From: an uncultured Gemmatimonadaceae bacterium
GTDB taxonomy: Bacteria; Gemmatimonadota; Gemmatimonadetes; Gemmatimonadales; Gemmatimonadaceae
Reading direction: 5' to 3'
NCBI GenBank assembly: GCA_963716745.1
Contig: OY970320.1
Coordinates: 3,136,001-3,200,000, forward strand
DNA length: 64,000 nucleotides
The notes beneath the pieces were generated by a model. The model saw nothing but the letters and a program-made list of their open reading frames with translations, was not told the DNA's origin and did no database searches. This document shows positions 40,339-52,038 of this stretch, in pieces (the stretch's first letter is position 1; every line of letters begins with the position of its first letter). The position numbers and the translations under genes are program-made.

Positions 40339-40879
40339 GTGCGTGCCGCGCTCATCATTGCGATCGCGATCCTCTATCCATTCGCGGTCTACGCCGGGTT
40401 GGGAGTGGTCGAACCGCGGATCCTTGGCGGCGGCGCTCGGCGTGGCCGCGGTCGCTCGCTTCGCCTTCGGGAAGGCGGGATTCGTGCGCGGAGTGTCCGT
40501 GGTAGTCTTCGCACTCGCGGTGGTGGTGGTGCTCAGCAACAAAGCGTTCCCCTTGAAGCTGTATCCCGTGGTGGTGAATGCGAGCTTCTTCGCGGTGTTC
40601 GCTTGGAGCCTGTACGCGCCGCCCACCGTGATCGAGCGGATGGTGCGTTTACGCACGCCGGATCTCCCGCCCGCCGCGGTCGCCTATATCAACAAAGTGA
40701 CGGTGGTGTGGTGCGCGTTCTTCATCGTGAACGGCGCGATCGCGTACATCACCGCGCGATACGCGAGTACGGCGATCTGGTCGCTATACAACGGCCTGAT
40801 CGCCTACGGACTCATGGGGCTGCTGTTCGCCGCCGAGTACATGGTGCGCCGCCGGGTGATCCGTCGCGTCCATGCGTGA
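40339..40879 (+). CDS. COG4648/ApeG-like membrane protein (frameshift near 40425)
   Basis: YPFAVY; LYPVVVN; WSLYNGLIAY. Confidence 0.8.
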
Positions 40880-42569
40880 ATCGCTCCGGCTGCTCTCGCG
40901 CCTGGCGTCGGCGGACGACATGGCGCGCCCGGTCGCGTGGCGTGGACGGATCGCGGTGAACGAAGCGGAGTTCCGCGTGCGGGTGCGATGCTGGATGCGC
41001 GCGTGCGAGCGGTGTCGGGACGGCCCGGTTGCATTGCATCATGGTGATGGCGTGGAGTTCGCGGCGGCGCTGCTGGGCGCGTGGCATAGCGGGCGCGCGG
41101 TGTACCTTGCCGCCGATGATCTTCCGGAAACGCGGCGGAGACTCGCACCTCACGTGACCGCCTTCCTGGGCGAGTGGTCGCACGAGTCGAACGCGGTCGC
41201 AGCTGCCGAGGAGGCCGGCTCCGGAACGTTCGCGGCTCTCGATGCCGGTTTCCTGGGGCTCATCGTGTTCACGTCCGGTTCCACCGGCGATGCGCAGGCC
41301 ATCCCGAAGCGTCTCGCGCAACTCGCTCATGAGGTGGAGACTCTGGAGCGGACGTTCGGCGACGAGATCGGCGACGCGGACTTCGTGGCCACCGTCTCGC
41401 ACCAGCACATTTACGGATTGCTCTACAAGATCCTGTGGCCGATCGCCACGAAGAGGAGCTTCCTCTCGCGAACGATCGAATATCCCGAGGAGCTGGCGGA
41501 GGCGCTGACGGGGCGCCGGTCGGCGGTGGTGTCGAGCCCTGCGCTCCTGCGACGGCTGCCACACGCGATCGATTGGAGCGCCGCGCGCGCCGGAGTTCGG
41601 GCGGTGTTCTCTTCGGGCGGCCCGTTGCCGGCAGAGGCCGCGCACACCACCGAACGGTTGCTCGGCAGGAGACCGATCGAAGTGCTCGGCAGTTCCGAGA
41701 CGGGCGGCATCGCGACGCGGCGACAACGCGAAGGCACCGACGCGCCGTGGAGCGTATTTCCCGGCATCGCGGTGCGCATCGAGGACGGCCGACTCGCGGT
41801 GCGGTCGGCGTATCTGGCCAATGACGATTGGTTCGTCACCGCCGATCTCGCGGCGTTGGATCCAAACGGCACATTCAGACTCGGCGGCCGCGCCGACCGC
41901 ATCGCGAAGGTCGAGGGCAAGCGCGTGTCTCTGGACGGCATCGAGCGGGGGCTCACTGCTTCGCCATGGGTGCGAGAAGCGCGCGTGGTCGCGCTGAACG
42001 CGCCGCGCGAACAGTTGGCGGCGGTGATCGTCCTGAGCGATGAAGGCGCGGCGGCGCTCGCGCGCGATGGGAAGGCCACGCTCTCACACGCACTCCGCGA
42101 ACTGCTCGCTCAGGGAACGGAGCGCGTCGCGCTGCCGCGCCGCTGGCGCTTCGTGGAAGAGTTGCCGATGGACTCGCAGGGCAAGACGACTACCGCCGCG
42201 CTCGCGGCGCTTTTCGCCGACGCGGCGCCGGTGCTGCCGGTGGCAGCGCTCACCTCGCGCTCCGCGGCCGACGCCGTATTCGAGCTTCGCATCCCCGCGG
42301 GCCTCGCACACTTCGACGGGCATTTCGACGGCGCTCCGATCCTGCCCGGCGTCGCGCAGATCCAGTGGGCGATCCATTTCGCGCGCGCGCAATTCGGCGT
42401 CGGGCGTGGCTTCACTCGCATCGAGGCGCTCAAGTTCCAGCGGCCGATCCGGCCGGATTCGGTCGTGCGTCTGTCCCTGCGTTGGAGCGCTGAACGCGCG
42501 TCGCTCGCGTTCGTCTACGATTCGGACACTGGCCGGCATTCGAGCGGGCGGATCATCTTCGCCACATGA
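40872..42569 (+). CDS. Acyl-ACP synthetase (ApeH-like) fused to a dehydratase domain (ApeI-like)
   Basis: FTSGSTG, HQHIYG, GSSETGGIA, GRADRIAKVEGKR; C-terminal FDGHFDGAPILPGVAQ. Confidence 0.85.
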   Translation: MRESLRLLSRLASADDMARPVAWRGRIAVNEAEFRVRVRCWMRACERCRDGPVALHHGDGVEFAAALLGAWHSGRAVYLAADDLPETRRRLAPHVTAFLGEWSHESNAVAAAEEAGSGTFAALDAGFLGLIVFTSGSTGDAQAIPKRLAQLAHEVETLERTFGDEIGDADFVATVSHQHIYGLLYKILWPIATKRSFLSRTIEYPEELAEALTGRRSAVVSSPALLRRLPHAIDWSAARAGVRAVFSSGGPLPAEAAHTTERLLGRRPIEVLGSSETGGIATRRQREGTDAPWSVFPGIAVRIEDGRLAVRSAYLANDDWFVTADLAALDPNGTFRLGGRADRIAKVEGKRVSLDGIERGLTASPWVREARVVALNAPREQLAAVIVLSDEGAAALARDGKATLSHALRELLAQGTERVALPRRWRFVEELPMDSQGKTTTAALAALFADAAPVLPVAALTSRSAADAVFELRIPAGLAHFDGHFDGAPILPGVAQIQWAIHFARAQFGVGRGFTRIEALKFQRPIRPDSVVRLSLRWSAERASLAFVYDSDTGRHSSGRIIFAT

Positions 42570-43316
42570 CCGAGATCCGAATCACGGCCGTGATCCCCGT
42601 GTTCGACCACGCGACGACCGTGGGCGACATGGTGCGGAGCGTCGGCGACGCCGGCTTGCATTGCATCGTCGTCGACGACGGCAGCGGCGCCGAGTGTGCG
42701 CGGGCGCTGGATGCGATCGCCGCGGCCGCTGGCGAGCGTGTGACGCTCGTGCGCCGCGCGCAGAACGGAGGGAAGGGAGCGGCAGTGCTCGATGGCCTCG
42801 TGCGGGCGAGAGCGCTCGGCTACACGCACGCACTGCAGATCGATGCCGACGGCCAGCATGACAGCGCGGACATCCCGGCGTTCCTCGCCCTCGCGCGCGA
42901 ACATCCCACCGCGGTGATACTCGGCCGCCCGATCTTCGACGCGTCGATGCCGAGGTATCGGGCGGTCGGGCGGTGGGTGACGCACATCCTCACCTGGGTG
43001 CACACGCTATCGTTCGAGATCCGCGATACGATGTGCGGCTTTCGCGTGTATCCCGTCGAGACCGTACTCGCGCTCGATGCGGCCACGCCGATCGGGCGTC
43101 ACATGGAGTTCGACATCGAACTGCTGATCCGGCTGCATTGGCGCGGATGCGAATTCGTCACGCTCCCGACGAGAGTCCGCTATCCCGGCCGACGGCATCT
43201 CGCACTATCGTATGGGGTGGGACAACCTGCTGGTGATGTTCATGCATCTTCGCCTGTTCCTCGGGATGATCGTTCGCTTGCCGTGGTTGCTCGCCAGGAA
43301 ATGGAGGGCCGCATGA
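42566..43316 (+). CDS. GT2 glycosyltransferase (frameshift near 43190)
   Basis: VIPVF, VDDGS, GKGAA, DADGQH, CGFRVYP; DGISHYR..DN continues in another frame to TGA 43316. Confidence 0.8.
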
Positions 43317-44269
43317 CCGCGCGCGCCCTGCCGAACCATTGGGCGCGCGCGGATGAGCGGACCTTCGCCGCCGGGATTCGATTCCTGCTGTGGGTGTACC
43401 GGCTCTTCGGGCGCACGATGTTCCGTCTCGTGGTGTTCCCGACGGTGGTCTTCTACATCGCGACCAACTCGCGCGCGCGCGCGGCATCGCGTGCGTATCT
43501 CGCCAGAGTGAATCGTACGCTGGGCCGCGCACCTGAGAAGGCGGGTGCGCTGGAAGTCCTCCATCATTTCAGCTCCTATGCGGAGTGCATCATCGACAAG
43601 GTGCGCATCTGGAGCGACACCGTCGACACGTTCCCCGTGGAGTTCCACGGACGCGAAGCTGTCGCGGCCCAGATCGAACTCGGGCGCGGCGGCCTGATCA
43701 TCACGTCGCACCTTGGCAACATCGAGCTCTGTCGCGTGCTTTCGAAGCGGCGCCCGGGGCTTCGCATCACGGTGCTGGTCCATACCAAGCACGCGCGCGT
43801 GTTCAACCAGATGCTCGCCGAGCTGAATCCGGAGAGTGCGCTCAACTTGATGCAGGTGACCGATCTCACGCCGGAGGCCGCGATCCTGATCGGGCAGAAG
43901 GTGGACGCCGGGGAATTCGTCGTCATGGCGGGCGACCGCGTGCCGGTGTCGGCGCATCCGCGCGTCGCATTCGCCGAGCTGCTGGGCGATCGCGCCGCGT
44001 TCCCCGTGGGTCCGTACATTCTGGGGAGCTTGCTCCGCTGCCCGATCTATCTGATGTTCTGCCTCAGGCGCGGGGCGGAGTATCATGTGTACTACGAGCT
44101 CTTCCGCGACCAGATCGACTTGCCGCGACGGGACCGAGACCGTGCGCTCGCGGCGCTCGCGAGCGAGTACGCCGCGCGATTGCAGCACTACTGCCTTGAG
44201 GCGCCGTTCGAATGGTTCAACTTCTATGACTTCTGGGCGGAACCGGAGTCCGGGCGGAACAGTGAGTGA
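43313..44269 (+). CDS. LpxL/LpxP-like acyltransferase (ApeJ acyltransferase part)
   Basis: SHLGNIE, AGDR, FPVGP, WFNFYDFW. Confidence 0.82.
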   Translation: MTARALPNHWARADERTFAAGIRFLLWVYRLFGRTMFRLVVFPTVVFYIATNSRARAASRAYLARVNRTLGRAPEKAGALEVLHHFSSYAECIIDKVRIWSDTVDTFPVEFHGREAVAAQIELGRGGLIITSHLGNIELCRVLSKRRPGLRITVLVHTKHARVFNQMLAELNPESALNLMQVTDLTPEAAILIGQKVDAGEFVVMAGDRVPVSAHPRVAFAELLGDRAAFPVGPYILGSLLRCPIYLMFCLRRGAEYHVYYELFRDQIDLPRRDRDRALAALASEYAARLQHYCLEAPFEWFNFYDFWAEPESGRNSE

Positions 44270-44688
44270 GCCAGCGCGGCATTTCGCGGAGGTCGAGATC
44301 CAGGTGCAGTTCTACGACGTGGATGCGCTCCAAGTGGTGTGGCATGGCCACTACGCGAAATACTTCGAGGACGCGCGCTGTGCGCTGATGGATGGCATCG
44401 GATACGGCTACGCGCAGATGCGCGATTCCGGATTCGCGTGGCCGGTGATCGATCTCCATGTGCGCTACGCGCAGCCCGCAGTCCTCGGCCAACGGATCAT
44501 CGTGCGCGCCGAGCTCGTGGAATGGGAGCAGCGGCTGCGGATCGAGTATCGTCATCACCGACGCGGCGAGCGGAGCGCGGCTGAGCAAGGGGAGCACGAC
44601 GCAGGTCGCGGTGAGCATGGAGACGCAGGAGATGTGCTTCGTGTCGCCGCCGATCCTGTTCGAGAGACTCGGGCTCCCGTCCGCATGA
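44262..44688 (+). CDS. 4HBT-family thioesterase, ApeK-like (frameshift near 44550)
   Basis: FYDVD..VVWHGHYAKYFEDAR; QVAV. Confidence 0.85.
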
Positions 44689-45299
44689 CGCGAGCGTCCG
44701 CGACGGCCATCGCGCTGTGCGTCGTCGCCGCGCGAATCCCGGCGCAAGACAGCGTGGCGCTCGCGCGGATCCAGCGGCAGCTCGCCTCGCCGTCCATTTT
44801 CTGTGGAACGTTCGAACAGAGCAAAGCGCTGGTGGGGGTGAAGCAGCCCGTGAAGTCCTCCGGCCGTTTCTGCGTTTCCGCGGGGAAGGGAATCCTCTGG
44901 CGCACGCTGCGGCCCTTCGCGACTTCGCTGCTGGTCACGCGCGAAGGGATCACCGAGTCGCGCGCCGGCGAGGCGCCGCAGCGGCTGTCGGCGCAGCAGG
45001 AGCCCGGTGTGCGCGCGATCAATGATCTGCTGTTCTCCCTGTTCGGCGGCGATCTGAGCCGGCTCGCCGCGAGCTTCGCGGTGTCCGCCAAGACCGACGG
45101 CGCGAATTGGAGCGCGGCGCTCTCGCCGCGCACGGCGGGCATGCGCGCGACGATCGCGGGGATCGAACTGCAGGGCGGTGCATACGTGCGGCGCATCGCG
45201 CTTCACGATGCCGGCGGCGACGTGACGGTCATCGTCTTCTCCGGCATCGCGACCGGCGCCGCGGCAATGCAACCGGAGGAGGCACGCGAGCTTGAGTAG
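44685..45299 (+). CDS. LolA-like carrier protein, ApeL-like
   Basis: Signal peptide; FEQSK..SSGRF..GILW..PF. Confidence 0.8.
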   Translation: MTRASATAIALCVVAARIPAQDSVALARIQRQLASPSIFCGTFEQSKALVGVKQPVKSSGRFCVSAGKGILWRTLRPFATSLLVTREGITESRAGEAPQRLSAQQEPGVRAINDLLFSLFGGDLSRLAASFAVSAKTDGANWSAALSPRTAGMRATIAGIELQGGAYVRRIALHDAGGDVTVIVFSGIATGAAAMQPEEARELE

Positions 45300-47676
45300 C
45301 GCATCCCCCGGTCTGCGCCGCTGGCTCGCGTTGGGCTGGTTGGGGGTCGTAGTTGTTCGCGCTCGCGCACGTGCTGTGGTTCTCGCTCATCGAGCGGCGT
45401 TCGCTCGAGACGAACATCCTCGCGCTCCTCCCCGCGCCGGAGCGCGATCTCGCGCTGCAGGAGGCGCTGAACAAGGTATCCGCTCTCGGACAGTCGCGCG
45501 TGATCGTGCTCGTCGGCGCTCGCGATTGGGACGCGGCGCGACGGGCCGCCGATGCGTATCGGCGCGTGGTCGCCGCTCACCCCGAATGGCTGAGCCTCGA
45601 ACACGCCGACGACAGCGGCCGGAGTGACGCGCTCGCCCCGTGGTGGATGCATCGTGCGGGTTTGCTCACGGCTGCCGATCGGCGCGCGCTCACCGAGCGT
45701 ACGAGCGAGGATTGGGCGGGCGCGGCGCTGAGCGATCTCTCGAGTCCTTTGGCTGTTGGGCGCATGGGCAACTGGCGGGACGACCCCTTCGGCCTCTTCC
45801 GCCGTTGGTTGCTCGCGCGCGCGCAGGAGACACCCGCGCGGCCGGTGGACGGCGAACTGCAGGTGGTGGACAGCGGGATCTCCTACGTCGTGCTCACGAT
45901 GCGGCTCGCGGCCCCGTCGTTCGCCATCCGCGCACAACGCGAGATCGTCCCAGTACTCGACGCGGCGCGTGATTCGGCGCGCGCCGCCGAGCTGAATATC
46001 CGCGTGATGACCGCCGGCGTGATCCTCTTCGCTCACGATGCGGCTCAGACGGCGCAGCGGGAGATGGCGATCATCGGGTGGGGATCGATCGCCGGGATCC
46101 TCCTCCTGCTGTGGGTCACCTTCCGTTCCCTCGCGCCGCTCGTTCTGGTCGGCCTCTCGCTCGCGGTCGGACTCGTGGGCGCGCTCTCGGTTAGCGGGCT
46201 CGTCTTCGATCGGATCCATCTGATCACGCTCGTGTTCGGCGCGAGCTTGCTCGGTGTCGCGCAGGACTACGGAGTGCTCTACTTCTCACACCGGATCGGC
46301 GATGCGGGCAAGGGCGACGCGATGATGCGCGCACTGCTGCCCGCGCTGCTGTTCGCGGTGGGCACGACCGCACTCGGCTACCTCGGTCTCGCGTTGACAC
46401 CGTTCCCGGGGCTCCGCCAAATGGCGGTCTTCTCGATCGCGGGATTGTTCTTCGCGTGGATCACCGTGGTGCTGTGGTTCCCCTGGCTCGATCGTCGCCC
46501 GCCGGGCGAGACGGCGGCGGCGAAGTGGCTCGGACGCTCCATCACGCGCTGGCCCTCCGCGCGGCGAGCCGGTTCGGTCGGAGCGATCGTCGTGATCGGC
46601 GGCATCATCGTGGTCGCCATCGGACTTTCGCGCGTCACCTTCGATGATGACATCCGCCTGCTGGTGAACGCACCGGCCACGCTCGTCGATGAGCAACGCG
46701 AGGTAGCGCGCATTATGCGCGTCGCGGCGCCAGCGCAATTCCTGCTCATGCATGCTCCCGATGCCGAGACGCTGCTGGAGCGCGAAGAGGCGGTGCGCGT
46801 GCCGCTCGACAGTCTCGCCGCGACCGGAGCGCTCGCGGGCTATAACGCCGTATCGCTGTGGGTACCATCGCACAGAGCACAGGCGACGGACCGGTGCGCT
46901 CGCCGATGCGCGGCTATACCGTGTGGGCGGCGCGCTTGACCTGCTTTCGTCGCGTTTGGGAGAGCGGCAGGTCGTGGGCCGACAGTGTACGACGCGAGGT
47001 CGCCGCCACCAACGGCGACGTCACGATCGATGCGTGGCTCGCGAGCCCGATCTCCGAATGCGGGGCGTCATCGCTGGCTCGGGCGCATTGGCGATGACTG
47101 GGTCAGCGTGGTCGATCTCGAGGGAGTGAACGCCGCCAACGTCGCGCGATTGCGCGCGATCGCCTCCACGGTTGCCGGGGCGCAGTGGATCGACAACGTC
47201 GCCGCGCAGTCTGCTCTGCTAGGGCGTTACCGGCGGCAGATGCTCGGCGTGGTCATCGTCAGCTTCGTGCTGCTTTGGGGCGTGCTGCTGCCACGCTATG
47301 GACGCCGGGCTTGGCGCGTGCTCGCGCCAACGGGCGACGGGGATCCTCTTCACAGTGGCGGTGCTCGGCGATGATCGGGCAGCCGGTGCAACTCATGCAC
47401 GTGCTGGCCCTGCTGTTGCTCCTCGGCATGGGCGTGGACTACGGGATCTTCCTCGAGGAGGCGCACGGCGCGAGACGCGCGCGCGGATGGCTGGCCGTGG
47501 TGCTCGCCTCGACGAGCGCACTGCTCTCCTTCGGCCTGCTCGGTTTGAGCGCGACGCCCGCGTTGCACTTCTTCGGAGTGACGATGCTCATCGGCATCAC
47601 GAGCATCGCGCTCCTCACGCCGCTGTTCTCCCCGTCCGAGGACGGAGGCGTGACGGTTAAGGGACGGGGTGATTGA
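45292..47676 (+). CDS. MMPL/RND-type exporter, ApeM-like (several frameshifts)
   Basis: ETNILALLP, FGASLLGVAQDY, PFPGLRQ, LGMGVDY, SFGLL. Confidence 0.82.
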
Positions 47677-47745
47677 CTCTGGAAGTTGCCTGGTCGTCCC
47701 TCAGCGGGGATCGATGATTTCTACCTTTTGCGCTGGGGGAATACG

Positions 47746-48268
47746 TTGAGAGTGAGACTTGCGACTGCCGCTATGGTTGCTATCGGAATCATGGGGTGCA
47801 CTGCCACGTATCATGTGAATAGTCTGTCGGGAACGGGGAAAGTCACCCTCGACCCGGCATTGGGCGTGTATGTGGCCGTACCCGCGGACGGCACCTATGA
47901 GACGAAGACCTACGCCGGCTCCGGACAGTCAGCGGCAACGGCGGTAGCCATCGCATTCGGCAAGAAGGCGGCGACGCTCCACGTTGCCGCGAGTGTGCAA
48001 CCGCTGGACAGCACCATGGCGGCCGCGCGGGCACTTAACGTCGGGTACGTCGTAATTCCTACGGTCGCACATTGGGAACAAAGAGCGACGGAGTGGTCCG
48101 GAAAGCCTAGCGAATGAGATTCGACTCGAGATACTCGACGCGAAGACCGGGCATCAGCTTGCGGCGGCGTCGATCGAAGGGGAGAGCCGGACGATGACCC
48201 TAACGTCCACAAGCCCTGAGTCCTTGCTAGAGGACCCGCTGGACAGCTACGTCGCGACTCTCTATTAG
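47746..48268 (+). CDS. DUF4823-like lipoprotein (frameshift near 48112)
   Basis: Lipobox IMG-C; DGTY..YAGSG; HWEQRATEWSGKP; continues in another frame to TAG 48268. Confidence 0.65.
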
Positions 48269-48281
48269 CGAGTCGTGAGTT

Positions 48282-48983
48282 CTATTGCGTCGCCCGCCTT
48301 AACGAGTCCACGCGCGGCGGGCCGCTGTCGCGTTCCCAAACGAGACTGAGCGCGACACCCGGCCGGACTTCGGTGTGATACCAACCGGCTGCAGGCGCGG
48401 GCGCTTCAATGAGCGATCCATCGACGACCAAGGCGCCAGTCGCGCCGGCCGGTGAACCGAGCTCAGCGGCGAGCTTGATCAGCGCCTCGCGCCCGGTCCA
48501 CAGGCGATAGAACGCGGAGGTCATCAATGGCTGGCGGATGAGCCACGAATGCTCGTCAGCGCCGAATGTCAGCGAACTGATGGCGATGAGATCGCGTGTC
48601 GCATCCATGCACTCGACATCGAGCCCGATCGCGATACTCGGGTGCACTGCACATGCGATCCAATCGCCGCTATGCGAGAGACTGAACTTCGGCACGAAAC
48701 CATGCCGGTGCCGTCACCTGCGCGCGCCCATCGGCGTGACTCGTGATATCGAGCGAGGCTGGTTCGCAGTCCATCGCGTGCGCCGCCGCGCGGCGGAGCA
48801 GCGCGCGGCCGAGCGTGAATTGCTCCTGGCGCTCGGGCCGCCGGAAGGCGGCATGTCGCGCGCGATCCTCCGGCGAGAGCTGCCGCTCCGCGGCCGCGAG
48901 CGCACTGCACGCGACGTCGCGTCGGTCGAGCAGATAGACGACGGGACCGGTCACGCGGAGCACCTGCGACGGATGGCGGCATA
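48282..48983 (-). CDS. Sfp-type 4'-phosphopantetheinyl transferase (frameshifted; start approximate)
   Basis: FTLGRALLR, FSLSHSG, IGLDVE, FYRLWTGREALIK. Confidence 0.8.
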
Positions 48984-49737
48984 TGAACGGAGTCTCGATC
49001 ACCCGCGATCTCCCGCAAGATCCATTGCCACCGCGCAACTTCAAGCAGTTCTCGGGAAGCATGCTGAAGTCGCCTGAGCGGATGCTTTTGATTCATGGAG
49101 TTTCGCTGTGCGTGTAGGAATAAGTGTGCGCCACTAACCACGGATTTCTTGTGAGCGCCGAATACGGAGTCCTGTCGGCGGAGCAGGGAACGCATTCGCG
49201 CGGGGATCGCTGGCGTCTCCGCGGCGGGCATTAGCCCTGCGGAGTGGAACGGCCCTGTCACACTCCTTTGATAGCGTTCTTGCGTAACTGCTGGGAGACG
49301 TCAGGCCAATTCACGCTAGAAAACTCCAATCTCATGCGGCTTGCATTTAGCTATTAAGTTGACGAATGTGATATACCTGACAGTCACGCGCTCCCAGGGA
49401 GCCGGCGCGAAGAGAATCCTTCGAACCTCCTCCGCATGTACCCCTTACGCATGCATCCACGCGTTTCGCCAGTGCCTTCTCCTGCTCCGTGTGCCTCGCT
49501 CAGGACTGCGTCCCGGTCTCGTGTGAATCGCCGGTGCGCGAGAGGACTGTCGACACCCGGCTCGTCGAGACATTGGGGAACTGCGCTTCGCGCCACGCCC
49601 TACCGCAGTCCGCGGCTTTGGATCGCTGGTCCGGATCGGGGGCACGTGCTTAGGCCCCTCGATCGCCGCAAGCCTGGAATCAGCGCGCGGTCGCGCGGTC
49701 GCGATTGCCTCGTGTCAAGACGCAGTCGAGTAACCGC

Positions 49738-50418
49738 ATGACGAACTCGCTCCGTCGGATCACGGTAGTTCTGGTCGACGACAATCAGCTCGTGCGCGAA
49801 GGTATCGCCTCACTAGTTACGAGTGTGCCCGGTTTTGAGGTTGTGGGCGCATCCGGAGATGTGGAGGACACACTCCTCAAGATTCCAGTCGTCCTCCCGG
49901 ACATTGTCTTGCTCGACTACGGTCTTTCCGACCGCAATAGTCTGACTGTGACCTCGAATATTCATGCTGACGTGCCAGCATTGAAGATCATTCTCATGGG
50001 CTTGCTTCCCCTGTTCGATGAATTCGCAGCCTACCTTGATGCGGGAGCGACTGCATTTATCGCGAAGGACGCGTCGTTCGAGGAATTCCTCGCTTCACTG
50101 CAAAGCGTGGCGAAGGGGCAGGAATCCTCACTGAATCGGATGAAGACTTCAGTCTTTGAGCGCGCCGCGGCCCTCGCAGCGAGCAAGCCCCCACCCGACG
50201 TCCTCGGAGCGATCCGACTCACGAGCCGAGAGCGTGAGGTAATTGATCTGCTGAAGGAGGGGCTCAGCAATCGAGAGATCGCGAGTCGTCTCAATCTCGC
50301 CATTCACACGGTGAAGAGTCACGTGCACAACATCCTTGAAAAGCTCGCCCTTAGGAGCCGTCTAGAAGTTGTCGCCTACTCGCACTCTGTGGGCAAGTCC
50401 GACGGATCGATGGCTTAG
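49738..50418 (+). CDS. NarL/LuxR-family response regulator (no adjacent kinase)
   Basis: LVDDN..VREG, PDIVLLD, LTSREREV..SNREIA..TVKSHVHNILEKL. Confidence 0.9.
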   Translation: MTNSLRRITVVLVDDNQLVREGIASLVTSVPGFEVVGASGDVEDTLLKIPVVLPDIVLLDYGLSDRNSLTVTSNIHADVPALKIILMGLLPLFDEFAAYLDAGATAFIAKDASFEEFLASLQSVAKGQESSLNRMKTSVFERAAALAASKPPPDVLGAIRLTSREREVIDLLKEGLSNREIASRLNLAIHTVKSHVHNILEKLALRSRLEVVAYSHSVGKSDGSMA

Positions 50419-50859
50419 ATTCTCTCGCTGTTGCGCGCCTGTCGCGCGGCGCGCGGATGAGGGCGACGTGCCGTAAGTCTTTGCTCGCTCGGATGAGCGA
50501 ACTGGGACGCCGCTCTACGAGGCTCGATCGTGCTGCGTAGATCGTCGTCCTTGATCTGCTCCTGAGGTTCGCCACCTGCTCGCTCCGGACGAGAACGTCC
50601 GGTTATGGCTCCCGAACCTTTACGCTTGCGGCGAGCGTTCGGCGCCGAATTACGAATGCGCGATAGACGCTCGGAGCGCACCAGTCGACGCGCATTGCGA
50701 TTGATGAAGGGAGCTCTGATTCGATATCGCTCCTTGGGCTGAGAGGCGCCCAAGTCAACCGTTAGAGCGATTGTAGGCTCGTTCCTGCGAGCATAGACTG
50801 CTGACCAGCAGAAGGTCGAGTCACGCAGTTTGCGAACTCTCCTAGGCGATCGAGTGTCG

Positions 50860-51340
50860 ACCGACACCATTCGCGGGACCTCTTATGCCTCAATTGCGAT
50901 TGTGGTTAGTGCCTCTCGGACGTGCCATACAGGCCAACGAGGACGCAACTCCTCTCACCGCTGACGCGTGGCCGGTTCGCGCGCACGGCAGCTATGTGAA
51001 TGCGCGTCTCGTGCGAGCTCCATGCTCGATAGTGGCGCTTCTCGTTGATGCGGGCGACATAGCGCGGCTTTCGGCAGCGGCAGCGTCTCAGGGCGCGATC
51101 GGTATACGAAGTTGGAACGAGATGGCTACTGATGCGCGCGTGCCGGACCTCACCGATTTCCAACTCTGCCTCAGCGACTCGCGGGATAGTACCGCGATCT
51201 TGGCGGACGAAGCCGCCGGTGCGTTGCTAACGATACACGGGACACCAACGATTGTGATTAATGGCCGTCTCTTTGAGGGCGCGCTGTCGCCGGTCGATCT
51301 CGAGAAGGAGGTGCAGCGGGCGCTGGCTCGCAAAAGCTGA
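50860..51340 (+). CDS. DsbA/thioredoxin-like protein, degenerate or frameshifted
   Basis: C-terminal IHGTPTIVINGR..G; no intact CxxC seen. Confidence 0.45.
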
Positions 51341-52038
51341 TCGACCCTACTGACGAACATCAATAGCACGACTTCCACCGCTCGCCGCAATTCGCCATAG
51401 AATGTGATACATCACCGAACCTGAGGCTTAGGTTGAAAATGATAGACACAGGAGTCGGCGTTTAGGTCGCTAGTCGCGCGGGGTGGCGGCATTAGTCCAG
51501 TGCACGCCATTCCAGGCCTCCCAGCTACCAGTTGACGCTGTGGGGCGATCCGATTGCCTGCCGGTCGCGTCGACTGAACGGTCGCCTTTGATCGTGACGC
51601 ATGAGGGCATTCAGTCGCTACTCTCACGCGATTACCCGGCCGCATTCAACTGGACTCGGGAGTTGCGAGTTGGTACTGGTTCGTCCTCAGTCCTGAACTC
51701 GAGGTCGTGGCAACAAGATCGACGTCTGCGGGCGAAACGATTCCAAAGGGGGTCGACGTTCAGCGAGCCTTTCCAGCAGTTGCTGGCGTGACCACGGCGC
51801 AAGTGCAGCTCTGGAATGAGCCACTCGGCGATCGTCACACGGATGTGGTGGTGGTCCTCCTTCGGAGCAGTGACCAACAGGCCACCGCGGCCTGCAGCTC
51901 GCACACGAGCGCGGTGCGGTAGAGGAATTGCTGCTGCTTGAGGAATTCGCGGCGCGACGCAGATCAGCGACTCTGCGTCGATTGCCGCGAACGCTCGCCG
52001 GCTGTAGTCGTAGAGCCGTGCCTTAGCTGGAGAAGAGC

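Noticed and set aside
42566..44269. Single 567-aa GT2-acyltransferase fusion as in the ORF track
   Set aside because: The GT2 tail (DGISHYR..DN) lies in another frame ending at an ATGA overlap at 43313-43316; the fusion is probably an indel artefact
48112..48120. In-frame TGA in the DUF4823-like gene as selenocysteine
   Set aside because: The protein-like continuation is in a different frame and the context is not a redox motif; a frameshift explains it
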